Shown here in pieces: positions 1-8,613 of a stretch of DNA of 32,000 bases. Made by a program: the position numbers and the translations under genes. The stretch is taken from assembly GCF_000018305.1 (NCBI RefSeq), contig NC_009954.1:60001-92000 (forward strand), read 5' to 3'. Position 1 is the first letter of the stretch, and the number at the start of each line of letters is the position of its first letter. The notes under the pieces were generated by a model that was given only the letters and a program-made list of their open reading frames with translations, had not been told where the DNA came from and made no database searches. The DNA comes from Caldivirga maquilingensis IC-167. Its GTDB lineage: Archaea; Thermoproteota; Thermoprotei; Thermoproteales; Thermocladiaceae.

Positions 1-257
1 ATTAATACGCTGGCATTATTTTTAAGTAGTTGATAAGCATCATAGAATCTTGAGGTACAGCCGTTGACGCATCCATTATATGGTTCACTGTAGTTTAATG
101 CATTAATAACCTTAAGCATTGTGTACTCAAGGGTGTTAATAAGCCTACTGCATTCATCATTATACCTATGGGTGGGTATGTAAACTATGATTAATGCGAT
201 AATTAAGGCAATCACAGTCACCAGAATCCAAGCCAACGCACTACGCATCACACTCAT
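1..257 (-). CDS. Hypothetical membrane-anchored protein, N-terminal fragment; the gene runs off the left edge of the window
   Basis: My manual reverse translation from ATG (257-255) is open for 85 codons to position 1: MSVMRSALAWILVTVIALIIALIIVYIPTHRYNDECS... It shows one N-terminal hydrophobic anchor followed by a Cys-containing tail. An A/T box (catatattaagg on the minus strand) lies about 21 nt upstream. It is absent from the ORF track because it is truncated. Confidence 0.35.
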   Translation of the reverse strand, partial: MSVMRSALAWILVTVIALIIALIIVYIPTHRYNDECSRLINTLEYTMLKVINALNYSEPYNGCVNGCTSRFYDAYQLLKNNASVL

Positions 258-351
258 TAAGTAGTACCCCTTAATATATGCAGTGGTGCATGAGCTGCAG
301 TGAATACTGAATAAGCCTGCGGGCACTAGTCATTGATATCATTGAATTTCA

Positions 352-1539
352 TTAACCCTCCATCTGCCTATAAAGGTAAGCCTTCTGGGGATTCGTTAAT
401 TGAAGAAGCGTATTAATTAATTCCCTGACATTATCATTACTTGTACTTAACCCAGCGTACTTAGTTAAAAGTGATTTAACATAGTCAAGTAACCGGGAAT
501 CAACCCTAACATATGTATCCACTAAATCGAGTAAATACGGGTAACCTGTGTTAGTTGTCTGTGATGATAAGTACCCAACAATGTTAGGTGCACCTATTCC
601 ACCTAGGTCAAGTACCTCTAGTTTAGTTGCAACAGCAGTTATTGGGGCCTTGTAGAATATGAGTTCCGTGTTCGCTATCTTAGGTATTCCACTTAACCTT
701 CCCCCATCTCCACTGAAAACCCTCTTCAAATTCTCAACACCCTCACTGAGTCTCCGTTCAGCCTCCTCCCTACTCATACCCCTCTTAATCTCGCAATCCA
801 TGTAATTAACTTGAAGCCACTGCGGCAGTAAATTACCGTAATTACCTAGGCTAATGTACTCACCCTTATTGAGGAGTAGGCTAGCCATGAGTTTATCATT
901 TGTTGATAAGCAGTGGCCAGTGTAAATGGAAAGGTACCTTGATCTAACCCTCTTAACGACACCAATTATGGTTGTTCTGGTTTTTTCAGCAAGGTTAAGC
1001 ATTCTCTCTAATACATCCTCAACCCTCCTCCTAACACCCTCATAGGCGGGTAGATTATACGGTAATGGGTGAATGTAAATCTCCCCATCAAGTATTACTA
1101 AGTCTATGTTCTTCCTACCCTGCATCTTATCCTTAAGTAGTTTAATCACCATTTCCCTTTCCCTTATCTTTGACAGTATTTCAATTGACCTACTGATTTC
1201 ACTAGTGTCCTCGTAAAGTATGTCACCTGTAACATACCTATCTGACTTACCTCCAACCTGGCCAACATAACCATAGGCTATTACCGTTAAGACACCTCCA
1301 ACTAACTCAAGTGGTGACGGTGGGAAACTTGAATCTACGGCGTATGCGAAGTACCTGCTTCCACTAATATTGGGTATTGGGCCTATTCTACCTGAGACCT
1401 TGGCCTTAAGTTCATTAACCTCATTCATAACTGAGGTTAAGTTAAGCCTATTAGCAATACTCTTAGCGTCCTCAAATAATGCATTAAGTAGGGGTGGATC
1501 AACCCAGAGGTCTATGGTGAGGTCTTCATTATTAAACAA
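352..1539 (-). CDS. nurA: NurA-type nuclease (RNase-H-fold 5'-3' nuclease family)
   Basis: 395-aa ORF. It carries NurA-like acidic motifs: YAVDSS near residue 69 and LVILDGEIY near residue 151. The TTG start (1539-1537) lies 1 nt after the upstream HerA-type gene's stop codon and is preceded by AAGGAGGTGAGGTGA, an SD-like motif. Pairing with a HerA-type ATPase is the classic NurA context. Confidence 0.7.
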   Translation of the reverse strand: MFNNEDLTIDLWVDPPLLNALFEDAKSIANRLNLTSVMNEVNELKAKVSGRIGPIPNISGSRYFAYAVDSSFPPSPLELVGGVLTVIAYGYVGQVGGKSDRYVTGDILYEDTSEISRSIEILSKIREREMVIKLLKDKMQGRKNIDLVILDGEIYIHPLPYNLPAYEGVRRRVEDVLERMLNLAEKTRTTIIGVVKRVRSRYLSIYTGHCLSTNDKLMASLLLNKGEYISLGNYGNLLPQWLQVNYMDCEIKRGMSREEAERRLSEGVENLKRVFSGDGGRLSGIPKIANTELIFYKAPITAVATKLEVLDLGGIGAPNIVGYLSSQTTNTGYPYLLDLVDTYVRVDSRLLDYVKSLLTKYAGLSTSNDNVRELINTLLQLTNPQKAYLYRQMEG

Positions 1540-1540
1540 T

Positions 1541-3007
1541 TCACCTCACCTCCTTAACCTTAATTAACAATGGTTTCCGTAATGGATTCATTAGACCTGT
1601 TACGAAGAATTCCCTAACACTTAACTGTGTTAATACTGAGTCATTAACATCAGCTAAATCCATGTAGCCACCTAATTCCCTTAAATCACCCTGCGTCGGT
1701 AATCTACTGAAGAACACTGTACCAATATTAGCCCTGACATTGGCGGCGATATCCCTAGCCATTCTTTGACTAGCTAGTATTAGGCTGAGTCCCCATTTTC
1801 TACCCTCCCTTGATGTTGTCTCTATTGGATCCTTGCATATTGTCCATGAGTCCTCAGGCACGTAATTCTGGGCCTCATCAATTATGAAGACTAACCTAGC
1901 TGGTACATTGATTTCACCGCGCTTAACCATGTCCCATGCCTCACTTATAACATCAGCAACAATTGCCTGTTTAACAACTAAGTCAGTGTCTTGACTCATA
2001 TCGATTACCGTTAATCCACGTTCAAGGGAATTCCTAACCACATCACTGGGCTTCACCGACCTCTTATTCAACTCCTCGAAGAACTCATCATCAACGAAGT
2101 AATCTATGAAGAGGCTTGCCTTATGAACCGTAGCCTCCCTGGCACTCATTTTACTCATGCTTTGCCTAAGGTGCCTTAGGAATTCCTGCTTATTCCACTT
2201 CTCAAACTTCCTATTCATTAAACCCCCCTTATCATTATCCCCCATTACATACGTTAACACCGCAACATCAAGGTACTCACCGTAGCTTTGCCAAGGTAAC
2301 TTAGCCTTCGACGCTAGGACTGAGGCTATTGTGGGTGGGCTTATTGATATTACCTTAGACCCCACTGTGTAATCCTTATAATACGTAGTGTAATCCACAC
2401 CGCTATGATCAAATACAATAATCCTATACTCACTTTTAATTAACTCATCAATTAAACCCCTAATGAGCCTTGACTTACCCATACCGGTTGCCCCAAAAAC
2501 ACCAATATGGTATTGAACGTACGTTGGATCAAGCGGCACCTCCCATCCACTATACTTATGTGAACCAATGATTACCTTACCATTAGCCTTAATGAAATTA
2601 CCTAGAAATGAACCATCCTTAATCACGTAAACCTTAGAACCAGGTGTAACAACTTGAGTTACCTCATCCATTGTATTCTTATGAACATTAAGCATACCGT
2701 AGAACCTAACTATCGCTGACGTATAGGGCATTAGTAATGATGGATCCATTATCTCCGGCCTATCTATGAATGGGTTCCTAACCCTATCCTTAACTATTGG
2801 TTCAAGCTTAGTGACCCTCCTTATTACACCGAAGAATAACCCCTCATGAATACTATCATCCTTAATCACAGCTAACTGCTCTTCCACGGCGTAGCCCTCA
2901 GCCCTTTTATAGAATTGAATCGGTGCATAAACAGTAGTGGATCCACTGGTCACTATACCAACCTCCACACAGCATTTACGCAGTAGGTTATCTGTAAGCA
3001 TAAGCAC
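1541..3007 (-). CDS. herA: HerA-type (FtsK/HerA superfamily, DUF87-like) hexameric ATPase/helicase
   Basis: 488-aa ORF. Walker A GATGMGKS is at nt 2471-2494 and Walker B VFIIDEAQ at nt 1868-1891; I verified both by back-translation. An N-terminal barrel-like region and a C-terminal ASQR...FFSRL segment are typical of HerA. A TTTATAT box (3028-3034) sits about 24 nt upstream of the ATG. Confidence 0.8.
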   Translation of the reverse strand: MLMLTDNLLRKCCVEVGIVTSGSTTVYAPIQFYKRAEGYAVEEQLAVIKDDSIHEGLFFGVIRRVTKLEPIVKDRVRNPFIDRPEIMDPSLLMPYTSAIVRFYGMLNVHKNTMDEVTQVVTPGSKVYVIKDGSFLGNFIKANGKVIIGSHKYSGWEVPLDPTYVQYHIGVFGATGMGKSRLIRGLIDELIKSEYRIIVFDHSGVDYTTYYKDYTVGSKVISISPPTIASVLASKAKLPWQSYGEYLDVAVLTYVMGDNDKGGLMNRKFEKWNKQEFLRHLRQSMSKMSAREATVHKASLFIDYFVDDEFFEELNKRSVKPSDVVRNSLERGLTVIDMSQDTDLVVKQAIVADVISEAWDMVKRGEINVPARLVFIIDEAQNYVPEDSWTICKDPIETTSREGRKWGLSLILASQRMARDIAANVRANIGTVFFSRLPTQGDLRELGGYMDLADVNDSVLTQLSVREFFVTGLMNPLRKPLLIKVKEVR

Positions 3008-3027
3008 GGTTACTGTCCGTGGGAGGC

Positions 3028-3034
3028 ATATAAA
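3028..3034 (-). promoter_or_regulatory. TATA-like box (TTTATAT) for the HerA-NurA transcription unit
   Basis: It is centred about 24 nt upstream of the HerA ATG (3007), inside the 77-bp vWA-HerA spacer. A second candidate, TTTAAACC, lies at 3066-3073. Confidence 0.4.
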
Positions 3035-3084
3035 CTTAGTGAGTAGGGTGAGTTAGCTGAAGCTTGGTTTAAAGTTTTAGTTAA

Positions 3085-4509
3085 TTATAGACCCAACTTA
3101 TCCATTATTAGAGCCTTATCGAGGTTTGATATGTCGTTTATCTTTATGAATAAGCCATTACCAATCTTAGATAACCTCATGAGTAGGTCAAAGTCACTAT
3201 TATCACCCACAGCTACTGTTGATAATGTCACACCCATGCGTCTCAACTTCACAGCCTCCTTAATGCAACTACTTGCGTTAACAGTCCTACCATCAGTAAT
3301 ACATATTATGTGTTTATTAGGGTAATTAGACTTACTTAAAATAATCCTAGCCTTCTCAAGGGCATTAGCTATGTTAGTACCACCACCTGGGTAAATGTAC
3401 CTGCTCATCTCCTCCATTTCATTAATGTACTTCTTAACTGAATGAGGACCCCATAGTATGTCGGCCCTAAAATTGAATAACACCATTGATAACCTATCAT
3501 TAGTCCTAGATAAGTACCTTATGTACTTTACAATAGCCTCCTTGGCTATGTCCATCTTCATGTAAGCCCCACTGAACTCCTTCATGCTTCCTGAGGTATC
3601 AAGACAGAGTACAATATCCATTAACTTAACATCCGCGTACTCCCTAACCACAATATCCCTTGTACTCATTGGCTTATTGAGGAATGTCTTCCTAACCATA
3701 TTCATTGAAGTCTTATCCAAGTCAATCCTATAAGCTGGGTCACCAATCCTATATTCCCTAACCCCCGTTATGTAGGTTGGGTAATTAGAATGCTCAGTGA
3801 ACCTGGAGACCCTAAGTGCATTACCTATAGTGGGTTCACGGGCCACATTATCAAGAGCCTTAAAGACCCTTGAACCACCCTTACCCTGATGTGGAAGTAA
3901 CCCATAACTAGCTAAGTATCTCGCCAACTTCCTAAGCACCTTAACCTTCTCAGTAATGTGCGCCATTGGGTTCACGAACATGTTAAGTAATTGAGCCAGG
4001 TTAATGAAATTCATGGTACCTACACTACCGTAGAAAACATCATATATGACGTTAGCCACATCATCACTTGACTCATTACCTGTACCTAATTCCTGGTTGA
4101 TTAATTGCCCGGTTCCACCATCCTTACTATCATTATTAGGACTTAACTGTGACTTACCTACATTACCCTTAACTAATCCCTCTTCATCAGTGTTTATTTC
4201 ATCATCATTACGCATATTCAAGTCATTAACGAGAGATAAGGCATACTTAAACGCCTCCTCAAGGATTTCACGCTTATCCGCACCATTGTTAACATTAACT
4301 GATGTGTAAAGATTCTCAACACCAACTCTAATTAACCTCTCTTCAATATTCCCACCACCACTAATAAGTATGTTAGCCACAATGTCCCTAAGCGCATACT
4401 CATAACTCCTCACTGAACCTGGGCTTACAACGTCCCGGTGGTTAACTAGGTATTGGTAAACCCTACTCAGTACCATTGATATGAACTTCTCAATATCATT
4501 CCCCTCCAC
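3085..4509 (-). CDS. von Willebrand factor A (vWA) domain protein with a complete MIDAS motif; the N-terminal ~290 aa are uncharacterised
   Basis: 474-aa ORF with a GTG start. MIDAS D-T-S-G-S is at nt 3586-3600 (verified), followed by GGGT and ICITDG. The segment RIDLDKTSMNMVRK upstream of the vWA domain resembles CoxE-type vWA proteins. An Asn/Asp/Gly-rich low-complexity linker covers residues ~97-150 (nt 4060-4221). Confidence 0.85.
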   Translation of the reverse strand: MEGNDIEKFISMVLSRVYQYLVNHRDVVSPGSVRSYEYALRDIVANILISGGGNIEERLIRVGVENLYTSVNVNNGADKREILEEAFKYALSLVNDLNMRNDDEINTDEEGLVKGNVGKSQLSPNNDSKDGGTGQLINQELGTGNESSDDVANVIYDVFYGSVGTMNFINLAQLLNMFVNPMAHITEKVKVLRKLARYLASYGLLPHQGKGGSRVFKALDNVAREPTIGNALRVSRFTEHSNYPTYITGVREYRIGDPAYRIDLDKTSMNMVRKTFLNKPMSTRDIVVREYADVKLMDIVLCLDTSGSMKEFSGAYMKMDIAKEAIVKYIRYLSRTNDRLSMVLFNFRADILWGPHSVKKYINEMEEMSRYIYPGGGTNIANALEKARIILSKSNYPNKHIICITDGRTVNASSCIKEAVKLRRMGVTLSTVAVGDNSDFDLLMRLSKIGNGLFIKINDISNLDKALIMDKLGL

Positions 4510-4529
4510 TTGATTAACACCCAGGCCAG

Positions 4530-4537
4530 TTTATAAA
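4530..4537 (-). promoter_or_regulatory. TATA-like box (TTTATAAA) for the vWA gene
   Basis: An A/T palindromic octamer is centred about 24 nt upstream of the GTG start at 4509. The same spacing recurs at many first genes in this window. Confidence 0.45.
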
Positions 4538-4772
4538 CCGTACCTAAAACCTAATTTTAAAGATAATTAAGCCTCCACTTAAATGGGTAATTAATATTGA
4601 GGAGCAGCAGCTTGAAACGCTGACTTATGCATGGTTAATTTACTCTTAAGTCCATTAATCATCAGCTGTAGAACGCGTTAGTAATCCATGTGGCGCAATA
4701 CCCTCCTTTTACATTATGTGATATGGTTACTTTTTTAAGGGTCTCTGTTGCATAAATATTTACTGGACCCTA

Positions 4773-6455
4773 ATGGAGTACAAGTGGGTTGTATTAACTA
4801 ATACAACTCTAGGAGTCATAATGTCATCAATAAACATGTACATAGTCCTCATCTCCCTACCAACAATCTTCAGGGGGTTGAACATTAATCCATTCCTACC
4901 CGGGGAGTTTGATTATCTGCTTTGGGTGTTAATGGGGTATAGTATAGTGCTGGCAAGTGTCCTCGTAACCTTTGGAAGAATCTCAGACCTATATGGTAGG
5001 ACTAGACTTTACACGCTTGGGTTCATAATATTCACCATAGCTTCTATTTTACTCTCAGTGATACCGAGTGGTTCAGGTAATTTAGGTGCATTACTACTTA
5101 TAGTATTTAGGATGATTCAGGCAGTGGGTGGTGGCTTCCTAATGGTTAATAGTACCGCATTATTAACTGATGCCTTCCCACCAGGTGAGAGGGGTAAGGC
5201 ATTAGGGTTGAATCAAACAGCCTTCATAATAGGGTCGTTCCTAGGTATAATACTTGGCGGCTTATTATCGAACTATGACTGGCACCTACTCTTCCTAGTT
5301 AATGTACCATTCGCAGTGGCTGGGGCACTTTGGTCAGTGTTTAAGTTAAGGAGGGTGAGCAGTAGTGGTATTAAAGTGAAGATTGATTACTGGGGTAACG
5401 TAACCCTAGCAGCGGGCCTTGTGTTAATATCCCTTGGCTTCACCTATGCATTAATGCCCTATGGTAATTCTGAAATGGGGTGGCTTAACCCATACGTAGT
5501 ATTATCATTCATAGTCGGGGTAATTATGCTGGTTGCCTTCATACCAATAGAGCTTAGGCAGGAGGCGCCCCTCTTTAATCTATCATTATTTAAGGTGAGG
5601 CCATTCACCTACGGCATAATGGCATTATTCCTCTCATCACTGGCGAGGGGCGCCTTAATGTTCCTATTAACAATCTGGCTTCAAGGCATATACCTACCGC
5701 TACATGGTTTCAGTTACGCTGAAACACCATTTTGGGCAGGCATATACATGCTTTCAATGCTCATTGGAATGGTAATAATGGCGCCAATAGGAGGTGCCTT
5801 AACTGATAAGTATGGTGCCAGGATAGTGGCTACAGTGGGTATGATAATAATTGCAGCATCACTCTACCTACTCACTCTCCTGCCTTATAATTTTAACTTA
5901 ACATCATTTGAATTAATACTATTCCTAAATGGCCTCGGTAATGGTTTATTCAGTTCCCCTAACACAACATCAATAATGAATGCACTTCACCCTAAGGATA
6001 GGGGTGCTGGTAATGGTATGAGGCAAACCTTCAGTAACGTAGGCTCCACGATAAGTATGGCAATGTTTTTCTCAATAGCAATGAGCATCTTCTCCCAATA
6101 CGTACCCGTTAGGATTCATGAAATGGCGTTAAGCTACGGTTTACCCGCAGACATAGCATCCTCCCTCTCAAAGATACCTGCATCAAGCCTACTCTTCGCC
6201 GCATTCCTGGGAATTGACCCGGCATCAGTATTACCAAGCACCCTAACGGCTAACCTGCCGGCAAGCATAATGAAGGTCCTGGATTCAAGCACCTTCCTAC
6301 CGAATGTACTTGGATCACCATTCATGATGGGTTTAAGGATTTCCCTATACATATCCATAGTACTGGTGGTGATAGGAGCAGTACTCTCATACATGAGGGG
6401 AGGCAGGTATGTTTACGAGGAAGCTAAGGGGAAGGAAGAAGCCTATACGGCGTAG
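4773..6455 (+). CDS. MFS transporter, DHA2/EmrB-QacA-like (14-TM type) drug:H+ antiporter family
   Basis: 560-aa polytopic protein. MFS motif A GRISDLYGRTRLY sits after TM2. Its length and number of hydrophobic segments fit the 14-TMS subfamily. Confidence 0.9.
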   Translation: MEYKWVVLTNTTLGVIMSSINMYIVLISLPTIFRGLNINPFLPGEFDYLLWVLMGYSIVLASVLVTFGRISDLYGRTRLYTLGFIIFTIASILLSVIPSGSGNLGALLLIVFRMIQAVGGGFLMVNSTALLTDAFPPGERGKALGLNQTAFIIGSFLGIILGGLLSNYDWHLLFLVNVPFAVAGALWSVFKLRRVSSSGIKVKIDYWGNVTLAAGLVLISLGFTYALMPYGNSEMGWLNPYVVLSFIVGVIMLVAFIPIELRQEAPLFNLSLFKVRPFTYGIMALFLSSLARGALMFLLTIWLQGIYLPLHGFSYAETPFWAGIYMLSMLIGMVIMAPIGGALTDKYGARIVATVGMIIIAASLYLLTLLPYNFNLTSFELILFLNGLGNGLFSSPNTTSIMNALHPKDRGAGNGMRQTFSNVGSTISMAMFFSIAMSIFSQYVPVRIHEMALSYGLPADIASSLSKIPASSLLFAAFLGIDPASVLPSTLTANLPASIMKVLDSSTFLPNVLGSPFMMGLRISLYISIVLVVIGAVLSYMRGGRYVYEEAKGKEEAYTA

Positions 6456-6460
6456 TTTTT
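6456..6460 (+). terminator. Oligo-T tract immediately after the MFS stop codon
   Basis: TAG (6453-6455) is followed directly by TTTTT and further T-rich sequence. Archaeal termination commonly occurs at oligo-T. Confidence 0.3.
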
Positions 6461-6480
6461 AGTGTTGTGTTTTGTGTGGG

Positions 6481-7356
6481 TTAGTTGTTTGGGTTTTTCA
6501 TTATTATGAACATTGGTGTTCCTATGCTGCCTTGGAGGTTCTTAGGTATGAGTAATGATGCTATATTATTGACTTGACTCCATGCACTACTAGTCATGTT
6601 TACTGCTTGCGTGGGATTTAACGTTACCTTGCATTCTGGGTAGTATGTACTGTTGAGTAGGCGGTAGGAGAATATTGGGTAGTAGATTAAGTATGCTTGA
6701 TTATTATACTCAACGTAGGGTACTAAACCATACATGAAGTCGGCGATGTATGTTTCATTTATGGCACTCAATGTTTGAGTGGCATTAACACTACTAATGC
6801 ACTTCCATTGAAGCCATAAGGCGACACTATCATTGAATGCTTGAAGAAGAACAGTGGCATTAGGCTGTTGTTGATAAGCCTGGTAGTAGCCTAATGCATG
6901 AGTGGGGAAGTACACCGCAATATAGTAGACTCGCCCACTCTCAATTAATGGCGTTATCTGACTGAAATTATAAACATCAAATATAGCGCAGTATGGGCAG
7001 ACTGGGTCTAGGAACTCAATAAGCCACACAGGGGCCTTGGGGTTACCGTAAGTTATCACATAATCATTACCACCCTCAACAAGCCTCAAAACATACTGAA
7101 CAGCATTAGGCGTTAATGAACCAACACCCTCACCACTACCCAAACCACTCAACCCATAACCATAAACAACATCACGAACCAAAGTAGGAACATTAGGATA
7201 AGCACCAATAACATAAACAAAACCATTACTGGGTAGTGACTTACCTATGCTTAATCCAGGAATTCTTAAAGGTATTATACCTAGTATTGATGTTACTAAC
7301 ACTACCGCCACTACAGCAACCACTACTGCTACTATGATTATTACTTTGCTATTCAT
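6481..7356 (-). CDS. Membrane-anchored thioredoxin-fold / DsbA-like thiol:disulfide oxidoreductase (CPYC active site)
   Basis: 291 aa with an N-terminal signal-anchor (IIIVAVVVAVVAVVLV). CPYC is at nt 6988-6999 (verified) in the context LDPVCPYCAIF. By my count there are 7 N-x-S/T sequons, suggesting an extracytoplasmic glycoprotein. Confidence 0.65.
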   Translation of the reverse strand: MNSKVIIIVAVVVAVVAVVLVTSILGIIPLRIPGLSIGKSLPSNGFVYVIGAYPNVPTLVRDVVYGYGLSGLGSGEGVGSLTPNAVQYVLRLVEGGNDYVITYGNPKAPVWLIEFLDPVCPYCAIFDVYNFSQITPLIESGRVYYIAVYFPTHALGYYQAYQQQPNATVLLQAFNDSVALWLQWKCISSVNATQTLSAINETYIADFMYGLVPYVEYNNQAYLIYYPIFSYRLLNSTYYPECKVTLNPTQAVNMTSSAWSQVNNIASLLIPKNLQGSIGTPMFIIMKNPNN

Positions 7357-7501
7357 TAACGTACCCCAACTAAAAGGCTAAATAAATTTTATTCCGATTC
7401 ATTATTAATGAGATTACTTAATTCCCAGCATCAACGCTAGTAAGAACGCATTGATGCACATGCAATTTATCTATTAGTTAATTAGGAATTAAAAACATTG
7501 A

Positions 7502-8584
7502 TCATTGATTATTCAACTCAATTACCTTTGCATCATTTACCCTCGGCCTTAGTCTACTTGAGGCTATTATCTGAAGATCCTTAGATTTAGCATACTTACC
7601 CACTGCACTTAATACGTTTTCCAGTGATTCCTCATTAAGCCCTATGTCCACTCCATCAATTATTATAGTGGAGCCTCTGGGGGCTAGGACTAATTGAACG
7701 ATAAGCGGTAGTATTGACCTTACCCCTAACCCAGCATTGTAGAGTACCCCCCATGATCCCTTAGCCTTTATGAAACCCATTAACCTATTAGGTGCTATGA
7801 AGCCGGCTGTTACATCCTCAACATTTAAGGACTGCATCTCGCTCAGAATTTCCTTAACCTGCTCCCTATAGCTTGGTACAGTGAGCATTCTTGATAATTG
7901 GTGAACAGTATACTGTGCATCACCACCCACTGAGTAATCTGGTAGTAAGTCAACTGTTGTTTCAAAGGTCCTCTTCCACCATGCTAACCTATTCTCCCCT
8001 ATGAAGAAGAACCTATCTCTTAATCCCTGTCTTAGTGAGAATAAGACGGCCTTAGCCACCTTAACTGAATCAGGTGGATCACTGCATGTCTCTAAGGCAT
8101 CTTCATGCATAATGTGGTATGGGGTTATGCATAAGTCTATGATTTCAGGCTTAAGTATCATGTTCTTATCATTAATCCTACCGAAGGTAACTAAGAGATT
8201 ATCATTAAGCCAAACCTCCTGCTCAACATTACCTGAGGAGTGAATAAAACTGTAACTATAGGTTATGCTCCCTGAATTAGCATTAATGCCAGTATCCTTT
8301 AGGAAACTTGAAATCTGATCATCAATACTGAACCTTAGGCTAACAGTAACCCTACTACTGGTATCCAGGTTCCTTAACACATCAACCACATCATGAATCA
8401 TTAATAACCTACCTTCAATAATTAATGCATCCTCACCCCTTGACTGCATTATGAGTGTAATCGCCTCAAGCATTGATGACTTCCCACTGGAAGGGGGACC
8501 GACAATTACGTTCAAGCCCTCACTGAACTCCACGCATGCATTCCCAATAGCCTTGAAATTACCTACACACGCCTTAATTATCAT
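7502..8584 (-). CDS. SMC/ABC-like (AAA_15/AAA_21-type) ATPase with a non-canonical Walker B
   Basis: 360 aa. The N-terminus NFKAIGN...LNVIVGPPSSGKSSMLEAI carries Walker A at nt 8477-8500. An internal FFIGENR...VGGDAQYTVHQL segment and a C-terminal NAGLGVRSILPLIV...IIIDGVD (nt 7646-7666) match the layout of this ATPase family. Gly replaces the usual catalytic Glu. Confidence 0.7.
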   Translation of the reverse strand: MIIKACVGNFKAIGNACVEFSEGLNVIVGPPSSGKSSMLEAITLIMQSRGEDALIIEGRLLMIHDVVDVLRNLDTSSRVTVSLRFSIDDQISSFLKDTGINANSGSITYSYSFIHSSGNVEQEVWLNDNLLVTFGRINDKNMILKPEIIDLCITPYHIMHEDALETCSDPPDSVKVAKAVLFSLRQGLRDRFFFIGENRLAWWKRTFETTVDLLPDYSVGGDAQYTVHQLSRMLTVPSYREQVKEILSEMQSLNVEDVTAGFIAPNRLMGFIKAKGSWGVLYNAGLGVRSILPLIVQLVLAPRGSTIIIDGVDIGLNEESLENVLSAVGKYAKSKDLQIIASSRLRPRVNDAKVIELNNQ

Positions 8585-8606
8585 TAATGATGCTGCCTAG
8601 GCTTGG

Positions 8607-8613
8607 TTTAAAA
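8607..8613 (-). promoter_or_regulatory. TATA-like box (TTTTAAA) for the ATPase gene
   Basis: It is centred about 26 nt upstream of the ATG at 8584. Confidence 0.4.

Noticed and set aside
3062-3073. 12-mer GCTTGGTTTAAA shared between the HerA upstream spacer and the ATPase promoter (8602-8613), with a related CCTTGGTTTAATA at ~27653, suggesting possible co-regulation
   Set aside because: Chance repeats of 12-mers are expected many times in a 32-kb A/T-biased window. The shared part is mostly the generic TTTAAA TATA box. The distances to the start codons also differ (about 62 versus 26 nt).
1370-4309. Plus-strand ORFs 1370-1567, 3131-3325 and 4046-4309 overlapping the NurA, HerA and vWA genes
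   Set aside because: They are antisense shadows of well-supported minus-strand genes. The peptides are Leu/Ser/Pro-rich and have no start-signal context.
8481-8500. Origin-recognition-box-like sequence TTCCAGTGGGAAG (minus strand), plus TCCAGTAGTAAA at ~8748-8759 in the adjacent A/T-rich gap, suggesting a possible replication origin
   Set aside because: The first match is simply the codons for P-S-S-G-K-S of the ATPase Walker A. The second is a single imperfect copy. There is no repeated inverted ORB arrangement and no orc1/cdc6 gene nearby.
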